Assembly (NCBI GenBank): GCA_024704765.1 | Contig: JAKMXF010000099.1 | Span: 62,001 to 126,000, forward strand | Length of the DNA: 64,000 nucleotides | From: Oopsacas minuta | Lineage: Eukaryota > Animalia > Porifera | Reading direction: 5' to 3' | Part shown: piece after piece, positions 11,011 to 23,049 of the stretch | Layout of the letters: every line of letters begins with the position of its first letter | Position numbering within the stretch: position 1 is the stretch's first letter | The notes under the pieces: generated by a model | What the model was told of the DNA's origin: nothing | Seen by the model: the letters and a program-made list of their open reading frames with translations, nothing else | Databases searched by the model: none | Made by a program: the position numbers and the translations under genes

Positions 11011-11222
11011 AGTCACATAAGCAAGTTCGCCACTACAGCAGAGGGGTCTGGGCCACTTCAAGATTTCCAGTTGAGCCGAGGCGTCGCCGGACAATTTACG
11101 AAAACTGGTCGCCGTACCACTTTTCTAATGGATAGAACGACACGTTAAATATTAATATTTTCTATTTTGATTTAAATGTGAAAATCAAATAGCAAATGAT
11201 CCAAATCGTTTCCTTTAAATAT

Positions 11223-11404
11223 ATATAAAATTACAGTCTGTTCCAATAGCTAGCCTATTAACACTATTGTGTAAAGTCGCACTAGTAATTGGAGGTAATT
11301 TAAAAGGAAAGTTTAACCTCAACACAATGTTCCTCATATTACTAGTGGCACTTTACACAATAGTGTTAATAGACTAGCTGTCTGCACAGACTGTAATTTT
11401 ATAT
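11223..11404. mobile_element. MITE with about 65-bp TIRs
   Basis: ATATAAAATTACAGTCTGT..CTATTAACACTATTGTGTAAAGT.GCACTAGTAAT is mirrored at 11338-11404. Confidence 0.8.
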
Positions 11405-11407
11405 GTA

Positions 11408-11964
11408 CGAGCCTTTGGCTCTTCCCTTCGCGATTAAATCGCTGCATTGCGCCTCGGGGTATTCAACGGATAAACAACAATTGAGATTTAATAATTTTGA
11501 TATTGTTTGCAATATTCAGATTCAGCATACCGTATTACCACAGTATAACCATTGAAAGCATGTTTTTACAACAATTTTGAAATTTGTTTACTTTATGTAC
11601 CCAAAGGTAAACAAATATTCACAATATGTTGTTTACAATACCATATTCGGACTCAGCATGCTCGATTACCTCAGTATTGTCGTTGAAAGTATGATTCTAC
11701 TTCAATTTTGAAATTTGTTTACTTTATATTCATAAAACAACAATAAATTTAGATATGATTAATCAAAAAGTGTGAAAATTGGATTCAGGATGTTCGATAT
11801 AGTGAAGTTTCATTGAATTCTATTTACTTCCTTGATAAACACGATAAATACATAGTTATGTGATAATTTAATATTGCATACCATAAATCCTTTCCTTGAC
11901 AACGGACAAACAGACAGACAGACAGACAAACAAACAAACAACAAATGAGATTTAATAATATAGA
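11408..11964 (-). mobile_element. Non-autonomous Helitron-like family H1 (5' TCTATATTATTAAATCTC, GTTT/GTCT microsatellite, 3' ..GAGCCAAAGGCTCG)
   Basis: Sits between A and T, starts TC, has a hairpin-rich 3' end and two about 130-bp internal units. Homologous copies at 21714, 28265 and 36182. Confidence 0.75.
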
Positions 11965-12879
11965 TTTGTATCTTTGAAGTAATGTGAATTTAGCATAAAT
12001 ATACATTTTCGTGAAAGTATATTAAAACAATTGTATTTGAATTTTCGATCCTTCAATATTTGAAATTTGATGTCACCATCACTACCACGTTGGTGACGTT
12101 TTTATAATTATTGGAAACTTATCACATTGTGGAATTAGCGGTAATAGGTGAAAATTGACTTCGCTATTCGCCAAAATTAACGTATGCATTCGATTCTACA
12201 CTATTTCAAACCTAGAAATATGCTATTAGTAGTTACTTAATGAACTTATAGCATATCTAACCAAAGTCACAAACTTAGAATATAATTTGAAATTTGAAAC
12301 CCTGGAAACCACAAATATTTATTCTTCAAATACACTTGCGATATTTCAGCATTCCTGGATTTCCAGTGATTCAATGGCATTTATCAGTATTCGTATGCAT
12401 TATGTGTTTAATTTTAACTCGTTTGCAAAACAAATTAAATCTATATTTTTTCATTATCAAGCATTTTTAGCTTCTATTTTTATCCATATTTCAGTTCCTT
12501 GATCTACCTTTTAGGGCCCCGATCTTACAATGCAAATAATTGCTAGTTGGATAGTCGACAAATTCGCATAGTATATCTTTCTAATTTTCATTCTCAATAA
12601 TTTCTAGGCCCGCCTATAGGCGCGCACTTATAGTTTTTTACATTGATTGTATGGGACACACCAATTCGGATGAAATGCGTTTTAGACAAATTTTCATTTT
12701 CGTTGAAACATTTCATAATTACTGTACATCTAATTCATTAGTATCATTTTATGAAGTATCCAATGCAGAATTGAATTCAATATACGCATTGTTATTAAAG
12801 TTTATCAATAAATAGGGCTGGCTGATATAAAACATTCAAAAATTTAGAATGATTTATTCTTGAACCATAATTATTCATT

Positions 12880-13055
12880 AAATCAAAATACCACAAATTA
12901 TGTCATAGTCCCATTTCCAGAAGTGCAACTAAAAATCTAATGCCATTTTTGACATCTACAGAGTCGATTTAATATACTTGTATATGAAAACATTTTAACA
13001 TATATCTTCAGTGTAAGTACCTATTACCCCATAATCACCATTTTGCCACACTGTG
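12880..13055 (-). mobile_element. Orphan Transib-like terminus (CACAGTGTGGCAAAATGG on the - strand)
   Basis: CACTGTG at 13049-13055; the first 18 nt resemble the Transib end at 56664 (CACAGTGGCTCAAAATGG). No partner end found. Confidence 0.5.
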
Positions 13056-13599
13056 CATATCCCACTAAATATCTACTAGACTTCATCAATTGTGATTATT
13101 CTTCAATTTTTCATAAAAATTGAGGTACAAGCTTTTGAATTTCGTGACGTCATATTGACAAAAGTAAAAATATAATTTTGTGAATATGCCCAAACCCTCA
13201 TGTATTGTCTAATTTTCGAAATCTCTAATGTGAATGTTTTGCTTTGTCATCACCTCCAGCATGATGACATCATCATTCTCGTGGCTAATGTGTTTTCGTA
13301 ATATCTACTACATCATTTATGAGTATTATTCTAGCTGCTATCGTTGTAGAGATAATTATTTGTGGTAAATGAAGTAACGCAAATTGCGTCTACTTTGTCG
13401 ATAATCATAGTTTTATAATCTACTCAATGTATATTAAGATTCTATGCATCATATTAGTTCAATGCTATATTGTAGATAGGGTTTCTCATTTTCTCATGGG
13501 CTATGGCCACGCATTACTTGGTCAAGTTTGGTCAAATTGGTCATTGAACTTCAACTTGACCAAAGATCCACATAAAAATAACTATCCTCGCTATCACTG

Positions 13600-14182
13600 T
13601 CCTAACCTTTAACGAAGTGGGACTTTCACTATTCGGAATCCTGACTGACCTTGGCCCGTCTCCCTCTTGGCGGACTTATAGTGCAATTCTGAAACGAGAA
13701 TACTGGTCAGATTATTCTCGATGAGCTCAGAAGAAGTCGAATTATCAAAGACGAAGAAGAAGAGCGAGACTCTTCAAGCAACAAAGAGAGAGTCACCTGT
13801 TGAAAGCAATTGGCGGAAGAAGCTATAAAGGGAGGCAGTTTGGGGTTGAGAATTCCCCAAAGAAGAAGTGTGTCAGGGATCGAGGACAGATCGGTATGAC
13901 AGATAGAGGAGGTACTGGAGTGAAGGAAAGTGTGAGGGAGCGTGGCGTTTCTCCTGTTCCACACAGTCTTCTAGCTCAACCAGCAGCTGTGACGAGTCGG
14001 ATACCCTGTGCAGTATATGCCACAAGAAAGAACTAGAACCTGTGACAAAGAGGAAACTTGGAAAGAATCAATCCGATTGAGTATAATGTGACAACTGCTC
14101 TGAATGGGTCCATTGCTATTGTGCTGAAGTAGACATTCAGGCCGTGTCTAAAGCCTCTTTTTACTGTGATACGTGTTCTTGA
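13600..14182 (+). pseudogene. C-terminal remnant of a probable pogo/Tigger-type transposase with a PHD finger
   Basis: 14006-14182 reads LCSICHKKE..QSD*V*CDNCSEWVHCYC..SFYCDTCS* (C4HC3), preceded by a K/E/R-rich segment. A pogo-like end AAGCGGGGTTGACTG|TA lies at 15076-15092. The PHD is clear; the pogo assignment is inferred. Confidence 0.6.
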
Positions 14183-14464
14183 AAGGTATGATCATTAACT
14201 TTAAATCTACCCACTTGTGATCGACAAACTGAATTTTTCCGAATATCGGTATTCAACAGAAATCGAATAGTTGTTCCGAACATTGTTTGAGGCTAAAATT
14301 ATTTCCTAAATATTAGCTTTTTAGCTGTATCGAATCTTTTTTAATTATTCGGTTGGTTTAATATCCGGTCATAATATCCAGCGGGAAACTATTTCGATCA
14401 CTATTACTACCCAGGTTTAACGTCATCCCTTGCATAATTTAGTGATTACCAGATGATTACTAGA

Positions 14465-14708
14465 TCTCCCTACGAGGTTACCATGTCAAATAGGGTGTCT
14501 TAATCTCTAAAGATGTGAACAAAAGATAAATAAGATTACAAGTAATACCAGAAGATCAACGGGCATGAAATGTTCGCAGACCGCATAGAGCACCCCGCAG
14601 CTTACTTCTCCAATTAAATGATAAATTTGTAAAGGGTCCGAAGACACCTAGAAAAAGCCTTCCGCAGGAGCTACCAGAACCGGCGCATGGATTGCGATTT
14701 TCGGCTAG
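14465..14708 (+). mobile_element. Short Helitron-like island (A|TC ... CGCA-TGGAT-TGCG hairpin ... CTAG|T)
   Basis: The termini fit the Helitron rules; only one copy in the window. Confidence 0.4.
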
Positions 14709-14722
14709 TAATGTTTAAAATA

Positions 14723-14960
14723 TATCTCGAATTATCCATTATCTATCAGTTCGAGTCAAGAAACCATCCGAACTTTTATTACCTTATAGAAGATGTTTCG
14801 AGAATGATACACACCCACAGCTTCGAATAGATTAATAGTTCGTATTTAATTATACACACGTTATAATATATAGTTATATACGTCTCGAATTATTCATTAT
14901 TTATCAGTTCAAGTCAAGAGACCATCCAAACTGTAATTACGCTAAATATGTTTGGAGAAT
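14723..14960. repeat. Imperfect direct duplication, period about 158 bp
   Basis: TCTCGAATTAT.CATTAT.TATCAGTTC.AGTCAAGA.ACCATCC.AACT occurs at about 14725 and about 14883. Confidence 0.8.
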
Positions 14961-15629
14961 GATAGAGATCGACGACTGAGATGAGATGAGATTAATCTCG
15001 GCTATGGTGGGCCCAGCTTTGTGAAAACATGATTCACCTCTTCGTGGTTAACCGGATCAACTAGATAATGTTGTTAAGCGGGGTTGACTGTACATAATAT
15101 TGAATCGCTAAGTTTGTCATAGATTTTTTAGAAGTTGTAAGGAATATATCATAAAATAAACAGTAAGACCATGCTTAATGACCCTTCTAAGTCACCAATT
15201 TCCAAAAGGGAGGAAATTGATTGAGGTTCAGCATCTAGTAGAGTTTATGAACAAACAACAAATCAAGTCGCACTAATTGACAAGGGCGTACTGTGAAAAT
15301 TGATGTCGGAGTTGAATTGTGGAACACAAAAGGTACATTTAGCGTGAAGCATCATTAATAATAAAATACAACCATATTTAGTGAATATGCATTTTGTTTG
15401 ACCAAAAATGGAATCAAATCCGATACATGTGGTTAATTAATATGTTGATTTGGCATTTTGGGCCATGGATTATATCCACAACATATATTTTTTGCTGTTG
15501 CTTGATATAAAATGTCCAATAAAGTAATAGTAAAATTGGCTGTGTATAAATAGTCATTAAATTGGAAGACAACACCTAGAGGTAAACAAAAACTAGTCAT
15601 TCCTAAAGTATGAATTTTCAAAGAATTTT

Positions 15630-16078
15630 GTAAATATGAAACATTGCCAGTCCTTAAAGAAGCTAAGCAGCTGGATGTCGCATTCGAGGCACTTACAACC
15701 TTGGATCCTCTGGTTGATCAGACACAGGTGATGGTGTCTCTATGCCGCCAAGACTTTATACCAGGCATACTATTTGATGATTAATTCTATCAGATGAAAT
15801 TAGATGGCGAACATGCTCAAGCCCCATTGAGGATGGAGTGCAGTCTTCTGATTGCCCAATTACCTGCCCCAGTTCAAGCACCCATGGCTGATAAGGGTAT
15901 CGCCTTGGACAAAGGAAATCGAGATTGTTACGAGGCTGCAAAGTAGGAGCTGAGGTCCAAACAGATGATGTAACGAAAATGAGCTCTTAAATTTGATGAG
16001 TAAAATTCATGACGAACTTGACGATTCCAGAGAATCACTGAAGCGAGGTACTTAACCTTCACATTAAGTGGTGAATGC
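15630..16078 (+). pseudogene. Gypsy-like gag remnant
   Basis: ..QDFIPGILFDD*FYQMKLDGEHAQAPLRMECSLLIAQLPAPVQ.. parallels the gag segment at about 18360-18500; several stops. Confidence 0.45.
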
Positions 16079-17029
16079 CAGGGACGTCGCCACGGGGGGC
16101 ATAGGGGGCAATGCCCCCCCTGGTAAACTCGTGCCCTGAGCATGCCCACCAGACCCTTTGGCTTATATTGCAAACTGGAAATTTCGGGTCGCTTCGCTCG
16201 CATCTCACTCTCAATATTATTTAATCTCACCCATAAGTAAGGGATATAGCTTGTATTGATCTACCGAACTAGTTAATATTTTTGAGTGTTTTTACCCTGA
16301 GCAAATGCAGTGTTTTCCCCGGGCCGTTTTGGCGTATCGGCCCGGCATCCCTTCAGCTGTTAAAAAAATATGGCCACCCATTGCAATACTGGACCACTAT
16401 AATAAAGTATAGTCGGTACAGTAAAAACTAGAATTGGCCATACATGTTATAATGTCAAGGATTATCGTACTATTTTTCCGGTCGATGCCTCCATTGATAT
16501 AATATTTATTGATAACTTCTCGTTGTTTGTTTAAAGATTTCACTATAAATTCCTAAAATATGACTGAATCTGTTGAGATATTCTTTCAGAGAAATGGTGC
16601 CTTCAGTAGAGCTAGACGCAGAAGAATAATTAAGATCGAACATGTTTAGAAGATTCGCAAGTTGGAGTCTGCGTTCGCGCTCTAATATCTGGTAAAGGAA
16701 ATCTGATAATGGGATCCTGACATTGCCTATATAGACCAAAGTGGTGTTCAAGAGGATGATTCTGGATTCTGGCAATAAGAAGGTATGGAGCCGAAGTACT
16801 CTGTAAGTTGTGTTACTAGAAGTGATGACGCCTCGCAAGTGTGCCTAAAGCGGGTAAAGGTTTGTGCTATTAACTTTCCAGAAGTAAATGGCAGATTAAC
16901 CCGGTTATCCAATCAAGAGACAACGTGGTTCAGAAATGTTAAAGGAAAGTCCAAGGGGTAAATTGGAGCTGAATATTCATCATTAAATTATATATTTTTT
17001 CCGACCCAGTTTAAATTAACTATTTTCTA

Positions 17030-17450
17030 TACTTTATTGATTACCTCAAGAAATTCTACTGTTTGATTAATGTTTAAGGTGTTATTTCCTTTCCAAGCTA
17101 GTAGGCCAGCTGATTTTGTTTCATGGTAATATTTCAATGCTGCGAACTAACATATTGTCGTTCTAACCGAGAGGGAAAACAAGCTTTCGCTCTTAATTTT
17201 CGTGCTCGCATCAAGATATTGCGTTTATCAGACGGAAACAAATTACGAATATCTTCAAATGGTGCATAACCAATCATTAAATGTCGAAGTAACCTCCATA
17301 GAAATTTAGTATACTCGCTCTTCAATCCAATATTATTCTTGATTTTCAACAAATTACTCTCGTGTGGAAGAATACTACAGTTAGAACCCCAATAAGACGA
17401 TAAAAAGCTGGTGACATTCCGTGGATTTTTAAACAAAAGACCTTAGTAAG
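17030..17450 (-). pseudogene. Second P-element transposase fragment (GTP-binding region)
   Basis: APFEDIRNLF..RARKLRAKACFPSRLERQYVSS/ALKYYHETKSAGL..TVEFLEVIN aligns with VPFQDLRNLF..AHRLTAKSCWPSSLERQNVNLALRIFDDSTSAAL of the 5026-7889 transposase. Confidence 0.8.
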
Positions 17451-18199
17451 AATGCTATACTTATGAATGTCTATAATCAATGCCCAATAGATCTTTGTAA
17501 GAATCGAGCTGGTAAATGGTCATGAGAGATTGCAGAATCAAATGTTGAAGGATCTCTCGGACTGAATCTTTGGCGATTTGCTGATCTGGCTAATGCTATA
17601 GGTTGTGGTAAGGACTCGATCGATGTGCTAGATTCAATTCGATTGTATATGTACATCATTGGTAATACCTTGTGCAGATATAGATACTTGAGATGTAGCC
17701 TTCTCTTATATCTCTACTCTAACTTTACTACTTGTTAAGAGTCCTAATAAGATGCATATGCATGTGGTTCCTTGCCTAGAAGGATTACAAATAGTGCTGC
17801 AGTTTGTCAGTAATCATAATTTATAGGTCAACTTGGCCAATTGAAAACTGCTTGATACAGCCTAGGTCAGTGTATTACTTAAATTAGGCTGTCAAAATAT
17901 CTGATAGTGATACAAAGATACTGAACAAGACATATTTGGTCATCCATAATATCATGGAATAGCCCTTAGTCGTACTAATATGTTAGACGTAGATCTTAAG
18001 TGTTTTGCAGCCTATACTCGATTAGATTTCTATCATTCAACTTATCTATCGCTCGATTATCATAAATCTAATTGGTATCACGATGGCAACACCGCTCACA
18101 GTTTCAATTCCCTCGCTTTAGAAGGACAACTCATCACCGATTCGGAGCCCAAGTTTAGAGCCAGGGTGATTTCAATTGAGGAGAGAGCTGCTATCTGAT

Positions 18200-19456
18200 T
18201 GCTCCCGACGTATATCAAGAGGGCAATCTAGAAGAGTGGGTGGTTCTACGGTTATTGTGGAAGAAACGCTCGATGGGGTCTTTCGCTTGTTGAAAGACCA
18301 ATTTGACCCGATGGTTGATATTTCGAAGTAGCAAGCGGGTTTCAACGACTCTCGTGGTTCTTGAACGAACCAGTCCGTGATTTCTTAGCCAGATGTCTGG
18401 AGTAACGTATCAAGGGAGGGTTGAGTTCAAAGCAAGTATGTGTATTCATGACTTCTCAACCACCGGCCGAAGTACGACAGGCCGCTAAAGAATGGACACA
18501 GGCCAAAGGTGATGAGTTCACCAAACTCGAAGGGATTCTTTTCGCTGTAAAATCAGAGAATTGCTACTTACAAAAGGGGAATATCGCTCACACAGGGGTA
18601 TCGTGATCGGTGTGTAAAAGTTGTACAGGTAAAGGTAGCAAAAGAAAGTTAAGAATCTCAAAATTTTGATGAAGCCGATTCTCCCAGTGAGTGAGATGCA
18701 GTACATTCCCTCCGGAAGAAACCTCAACGACCCCATTATTAGAAGAGCTCTTCACAGCCATCTCGTGGAATCGAGTGTTTTAATTTTCATAAGTTGGGGG
18801 CATAAGTCTAAGAACTGCCCAGATAAAGCATGTCGAATATACAACCGGCGTATTCACAAAACCAGTGATTGTTTCAGAAACAACCCTCCACGAGAGTTTA
18901 ATGCCAGGGTTCTGTCTGGTAGCGATAGAGTGATCAAATTCTCACTGTTGGTCTGGGAGAAGACACTGCTACAATTCAGGTTTAAGTGGCAGGACATTGT
19001 GTCCCAGAATGCTGGATATTGGAGCTAGACCAAATGTTATGGACTACAATACGTTACAGGAGATTAATTTGAACAAAATCATGATTGATTATCCAGGCCA
19101 GATCTTTGGTTTATGCGACATCCCAATAAAGGTGTTAGGATTTAGATGCTGAAATACGAGTGGGAAAACATGCACCTGAGAGGCAGAGACTTAAAGTTTT
19201 AAACTACGATAACCATACCCTCATCCAGGTCAGTTGTTTATGGGAATGTTTGTTTAGTGAAGTCGTGTTCGATTTCAAAGGAAGACGAATTAAGCTAGAC
19301 GGAGAATGGGAACCGGTTCAAATCTCGGTAATTGGATCGAATCCAATGGCAAGATCCAAGGCAGTTATAGATAGGTATTCGAGATACGCTCAGCTGATGA
19401 TACTGGGAAACTCATAAATCCGGCATTGGCATGTGAGCAATCCGAACAACTAAAAC
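18200..19456 (+). pseudogene. Gypsy LTR retrotransposon gag-protease remnant
   Basis: Two decayed zinc knuckles (CFN.HKLGHKSKNCP, ACRI.NRRIHKTSDC, about 18775-18875) and a protease motif LDIGARPNVM (about 19012-19040). Confidence 0.75.
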
Positions 19457-21278
19457 GGTAAACGGAAATTTCGTCCCCAGGATATCCCATAAGTTAGATA
19501 CACTAAATTCCTGTATCCTCAGTGAAACCAAACTAGTCTTGTAGATACAATAGATGTATATAATTACACTAGTCATATCGTAGGTCTGAAAGGTATACTT
19601 CCTGACCACTGTCTGGCCAAAATATATAATCCGTGAATACTCCACGTAGTATACGAAGATACATATATTAAGAATAAGATCAATCAGAGTCCACGAATTA
19701 TTCACTTGTCATAAACTTAACATTTGTAATGGCCGCTGCTCCTCTCAAAATCGAATTGGTTAAAACTATAAGGGGGAAGGATAAAGCTACGTTCCAAGGG
19801 TTCGTGTATACATTGACAAAGTCGTCATAGGACGTACAACAGTGGGTATGTGGAAATCGGGGGACGTGTAAAGCTCGTATGCGCACTAAAGGAGATGAAA
19901 TTATCAATCCGACACAGATAAACGACATTTATTCCAGTCATGCGCATGGATCTAACCATGTACGAATCGAAATGCTTCGAGGTTATAATATAGTAAAAGA
20001 AAGTTCAATAAATTCTGAAGAAAGTACAAGGGTCATTCCCTCACATGGTATCGAGCGAATGGGATCTTCAAGTATTGCACAACTCCCTAAATTGGAATCT
20101 GTGAAGAGAATCATCCGTATGCACAAAAGCAAATCTGAAGAAAAATGGGAATCCTACCTGTGCTGCTGAAATAATCATTGCGAATAATACAAAGTGACGG
20201 TTAAAGGGGAGCCATTTTTACTTTTCGACTCTGGCTTTGGCGACGTCAATCGGATGATTAAACTTGCTAACCCAAAAATTTTTGCTCTTCTTTCAGAATC
20301 TGAACTTGGTATGCTGATGGAACTTTCAAGATAGTACTAAAATATTTTTTTAGTTGTATACCATTCTTGCAGAGAGAGATGGATTCTTCTACCCTTGCGT
20401 ATATGCATTACTACCTGATAAAGCTGGTTCTACTTGCAACAGACTTCTCTCTAAACTCCTCGAAATACAACCACAATTAGACCCTTCCACGATAATGACC
20501 GCTTTCGAAAAAGCAGCAATTCATGAATTTGAGGAAAAATTTCTTGCTGTAATTTCGGGGTGCTTCTTTCATCTCTCCCAAAATGTATATAGAAAAAATA
20601 CAATCAGAGGGGTTAACAACAATCTATTAAGAAGATAGAGAATCCTCCTGAAATTAAAGATGCTCCCCAGCCTTGCTTTTGTGCCAGAACAAGATGTGTA
20701 CTGTTTCAATTTTCTGACAACAGATTTTCCAGAATCTGCTCTAGGAGTTGCTGCTTATTTTGAAGATAACTATATTGATAACAGACTTCCTAATAACTGT
20801 AGAAGGATCCCGCCCTTTCCTATCAGAATCTGGAACATGTATGAAAGAGTACGTCAACAACTACCACGAACTAATAACGTAGTTGAGGGGTGTCACAATG
20901 CATTTAATTCTAGTGTTGGTTGTTCCCACCCTAGTGTGTCAAAGCTGTTCAAATCTTTGCAACGAGAACATTCACTACAAGAGGTCAAACTGATAAAGTG
21001 GAAATCTGGTGGTACTATAGTACGCAGCAAAAGGTCCATTGAACGAGATGAGCGTATACAATTACTTGTTGGAGATTATGAGAACCGGATATAACAACAT
21101 ATCTTAGGGGAATCACATACAATTTTGAGTTTTGACTACTGTATTATTCCTCTCGCACCTATTTCAATACTTTATTTAACCATATTTATCCTCTAGATGC
21201 ATGAATATAACCTGAATAACAAGTAACAGGGAGTCACCTGGGGAGGAAAATCCAGGGACGAAATTTCCGGGATTCACC
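19457..21278 (+). mobile_element. Second MULE element inserted in the Gypsy remnant
   Basis: TIRs GGTAAACGGAAATTTCGTCCC / GGGACGAAATTTCCGGGATTCACC. No TSD recognised. Confidence 0.75.
19729..21130 (+). pseudogene. FLYWCH-MULE transposase, decayed (no RING tail seen)
   Basis: RGKDKATFQGFVY..WVCGNRGTCKAR..HAH; ADGTFK; GCFFH; LPRTNNVVEGCHNAF; stops and frameshifts. Confidence 0.9.
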
Positions 21279-21660
21279 ATAACAGATGACTGAGGAAATG
21301 AGGCCTCTCCATTTCTGTTGACTTATGGAAGACAGTCACGAACTCCCATCGATTCTTGGGGTCGAGGTATGAAACCTAATGAACTGAATTCATACGGAGA
21401 GTATTTGGATGCACTACAGAGGAACACAGTCAGAATTGAATGTCCTGGCGAAGAAAAATATTGGGCTCTCGACAGGTCTAGAGAGCGCAAAAACAAGAGG
21501 AGAGTGTCGTTAGAGGTCACAAAAGGTTTTGTATGCTTTGCAATGATGCGAGACATGGCTCACTCGATCCAAGGTATGATCGCCCATTTCAGGTAATTGA
21601 CAGAAGAGGACCAGGCGTCAAACTTGACATCGAAAGACTAGTGTATGATAGATTCAACGA
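21279..21660 (+). pseudogene. Gypsy integrase C-terminal remnant
   Basis: EASPFLLTYGRQSRTPID and SLDPRYDRPFQV (GPY/F motif). Confidence 0.75.
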
Positions 21661-21713
21661 CTATACTGGGGTAATCGAGTATGCTGAGTCCGAATATGGT
21701 ATTGTAAACAACA

Positions 21714-22087
21714 TCTATATTATTAAATCTCAATTGCTGTTTGTCTGTTTGTTTGTCTATTGATATGTAAATATATTGGTTTTATAAATATGCTTGCTCT
21801 AAACAGCTACCCAGGGATAACTAAGTACCGCTGAATCCGAATTTCGCATTTTCAAGGTTCTCATATGTAAATCTATTGTTGTTTTTATGAATATACGGAA
21901 ACAAATTAGCAAAATCTCAAAATTTACGTAGATACTTCCTCTCAACGGCTACAAAGGGGGTTAATCTTACAAAATAATTCAATAATATATATGTCATATA
22001 CTCAAAGGGGACCATCAATTTAGAGAAAAATAGATACCTCGAGGCGCAATGTGCCGAGTTCATCGCGAAACGACGAGCCAAAGCTCG
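21714..22087 (+). mobile_element. Helitron-like H1 copy (one internal unit)
   Basis: A|TCTATATTATTAAATCTC ... GAGCCAAAGCTCG|T. Confidence 0.8.
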
Positions 22088-22663
22088 TTATTCTATAAAA
22101 TTGCTCGTAAAGATTCATATTACAGCTTAGAAAAGGTTACCAAGGCTAAATAGTTCACTGCAATTATAGGGTAATTAGATCCTGGATTTCGACCGAATTA
22201 TAAATATGTGATCCATTATAATAGGAGCATATGGTGTGTCACGTTAGTAGGCCCTCATTGTACTGCAAAGTGGACAATCCATGGGCCGCTACGCTCACTC
22301 CTTTTATCCACTATAGGTTAGCTACTAAGTACGCCATTGAAGGGTCACACAGCAATGTTCATTCGAAAATCATGTGAGTCATGTGATAAATTGTATGTAT
22401 CTCTTGTACAGTCAGGGTCGCGGTCGCTTATTGTGAACCCCATGTGACCGAAATCTTGTAACGATTTTATCGTGGCCACTGGCTTGGTTATAAATAAGAT
22501 GATTTTCATAATAAGCGACCCTGACTGCATGCATACAACAAATTGAATAAATATCATTGCATTGTTCCTCTACTATTGATGATTATACGACTCCTATTGA
22601 TAAAAGAATAGTTCGTGGGTTCTATTCAGATAGAAACCCGCAATTACCTGTTTATTAGTTAAC

Positions 22664-22720
22664 GGACATGCGCACAGTACCTAATGGACATCCGCACTGT
22701 ACCTAATGGACATGCGGACA
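22664..22720. repeat. 22-bp tandem repeat GGACATGCGCACAGTACCTAAT (about 2.5 copies)
   Basis: Units start at 22664, 22686 and 22708. Confidence 0.85.
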
Positions 22721-22769
22721 TTACTTTTTGAGTATGAACTGCACACAAAAATCGAAATTTCCGAAATTT

Positions 22770-23029
22770 CGAAAAATTCTAGAACTTCTAAATACCTGAG
22801 GCATAAAGGGCTAGATTACCAACACAAAGCCATGTAAGAGCAGCAGTATTGCCACAGAATGCCAGTAAATGGAATTTGGATGGACCATGGATAATACAAA
22901 TTCACTTTGAGGCAAGTAATACTGAGTATATCTCATTGCTTAGCGACCAAAAGCATCAGGAAATGTTACTGTTTAGTACTTAAGCTAACCTGAGTCCTTA
23001 AGCTGTGAGGTCGCTGCGACCCGCACTAG
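22770..23029 (+). mobile_element. 3' fragment of Helitron-like family H2
   Basis: TTTGGATGGACCATGGATAA block shared with the 29250 and 40240 copies; ends CTAG|T. Confidence 0.6.
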
Positions 23030-23049
23030 TACATATAATAAGTTGCGCC

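Noticed and set aside
16079-16385. hAT MITE starting CAGGGACGTCGCCA
   Set aside because: The right TIR is degenerate and there is no TSD. Similar weak remnants at about 10050, 41990, 45020 and 60650 were also left uncalled.
16506-16838. Minus-strand 110-aa ORF as a possible endogenous viral gene
   Set aside because: No viral motif. The adjacent 17134-17436 ORF is a P transposase fragment, and the + frame looks more protein-like.
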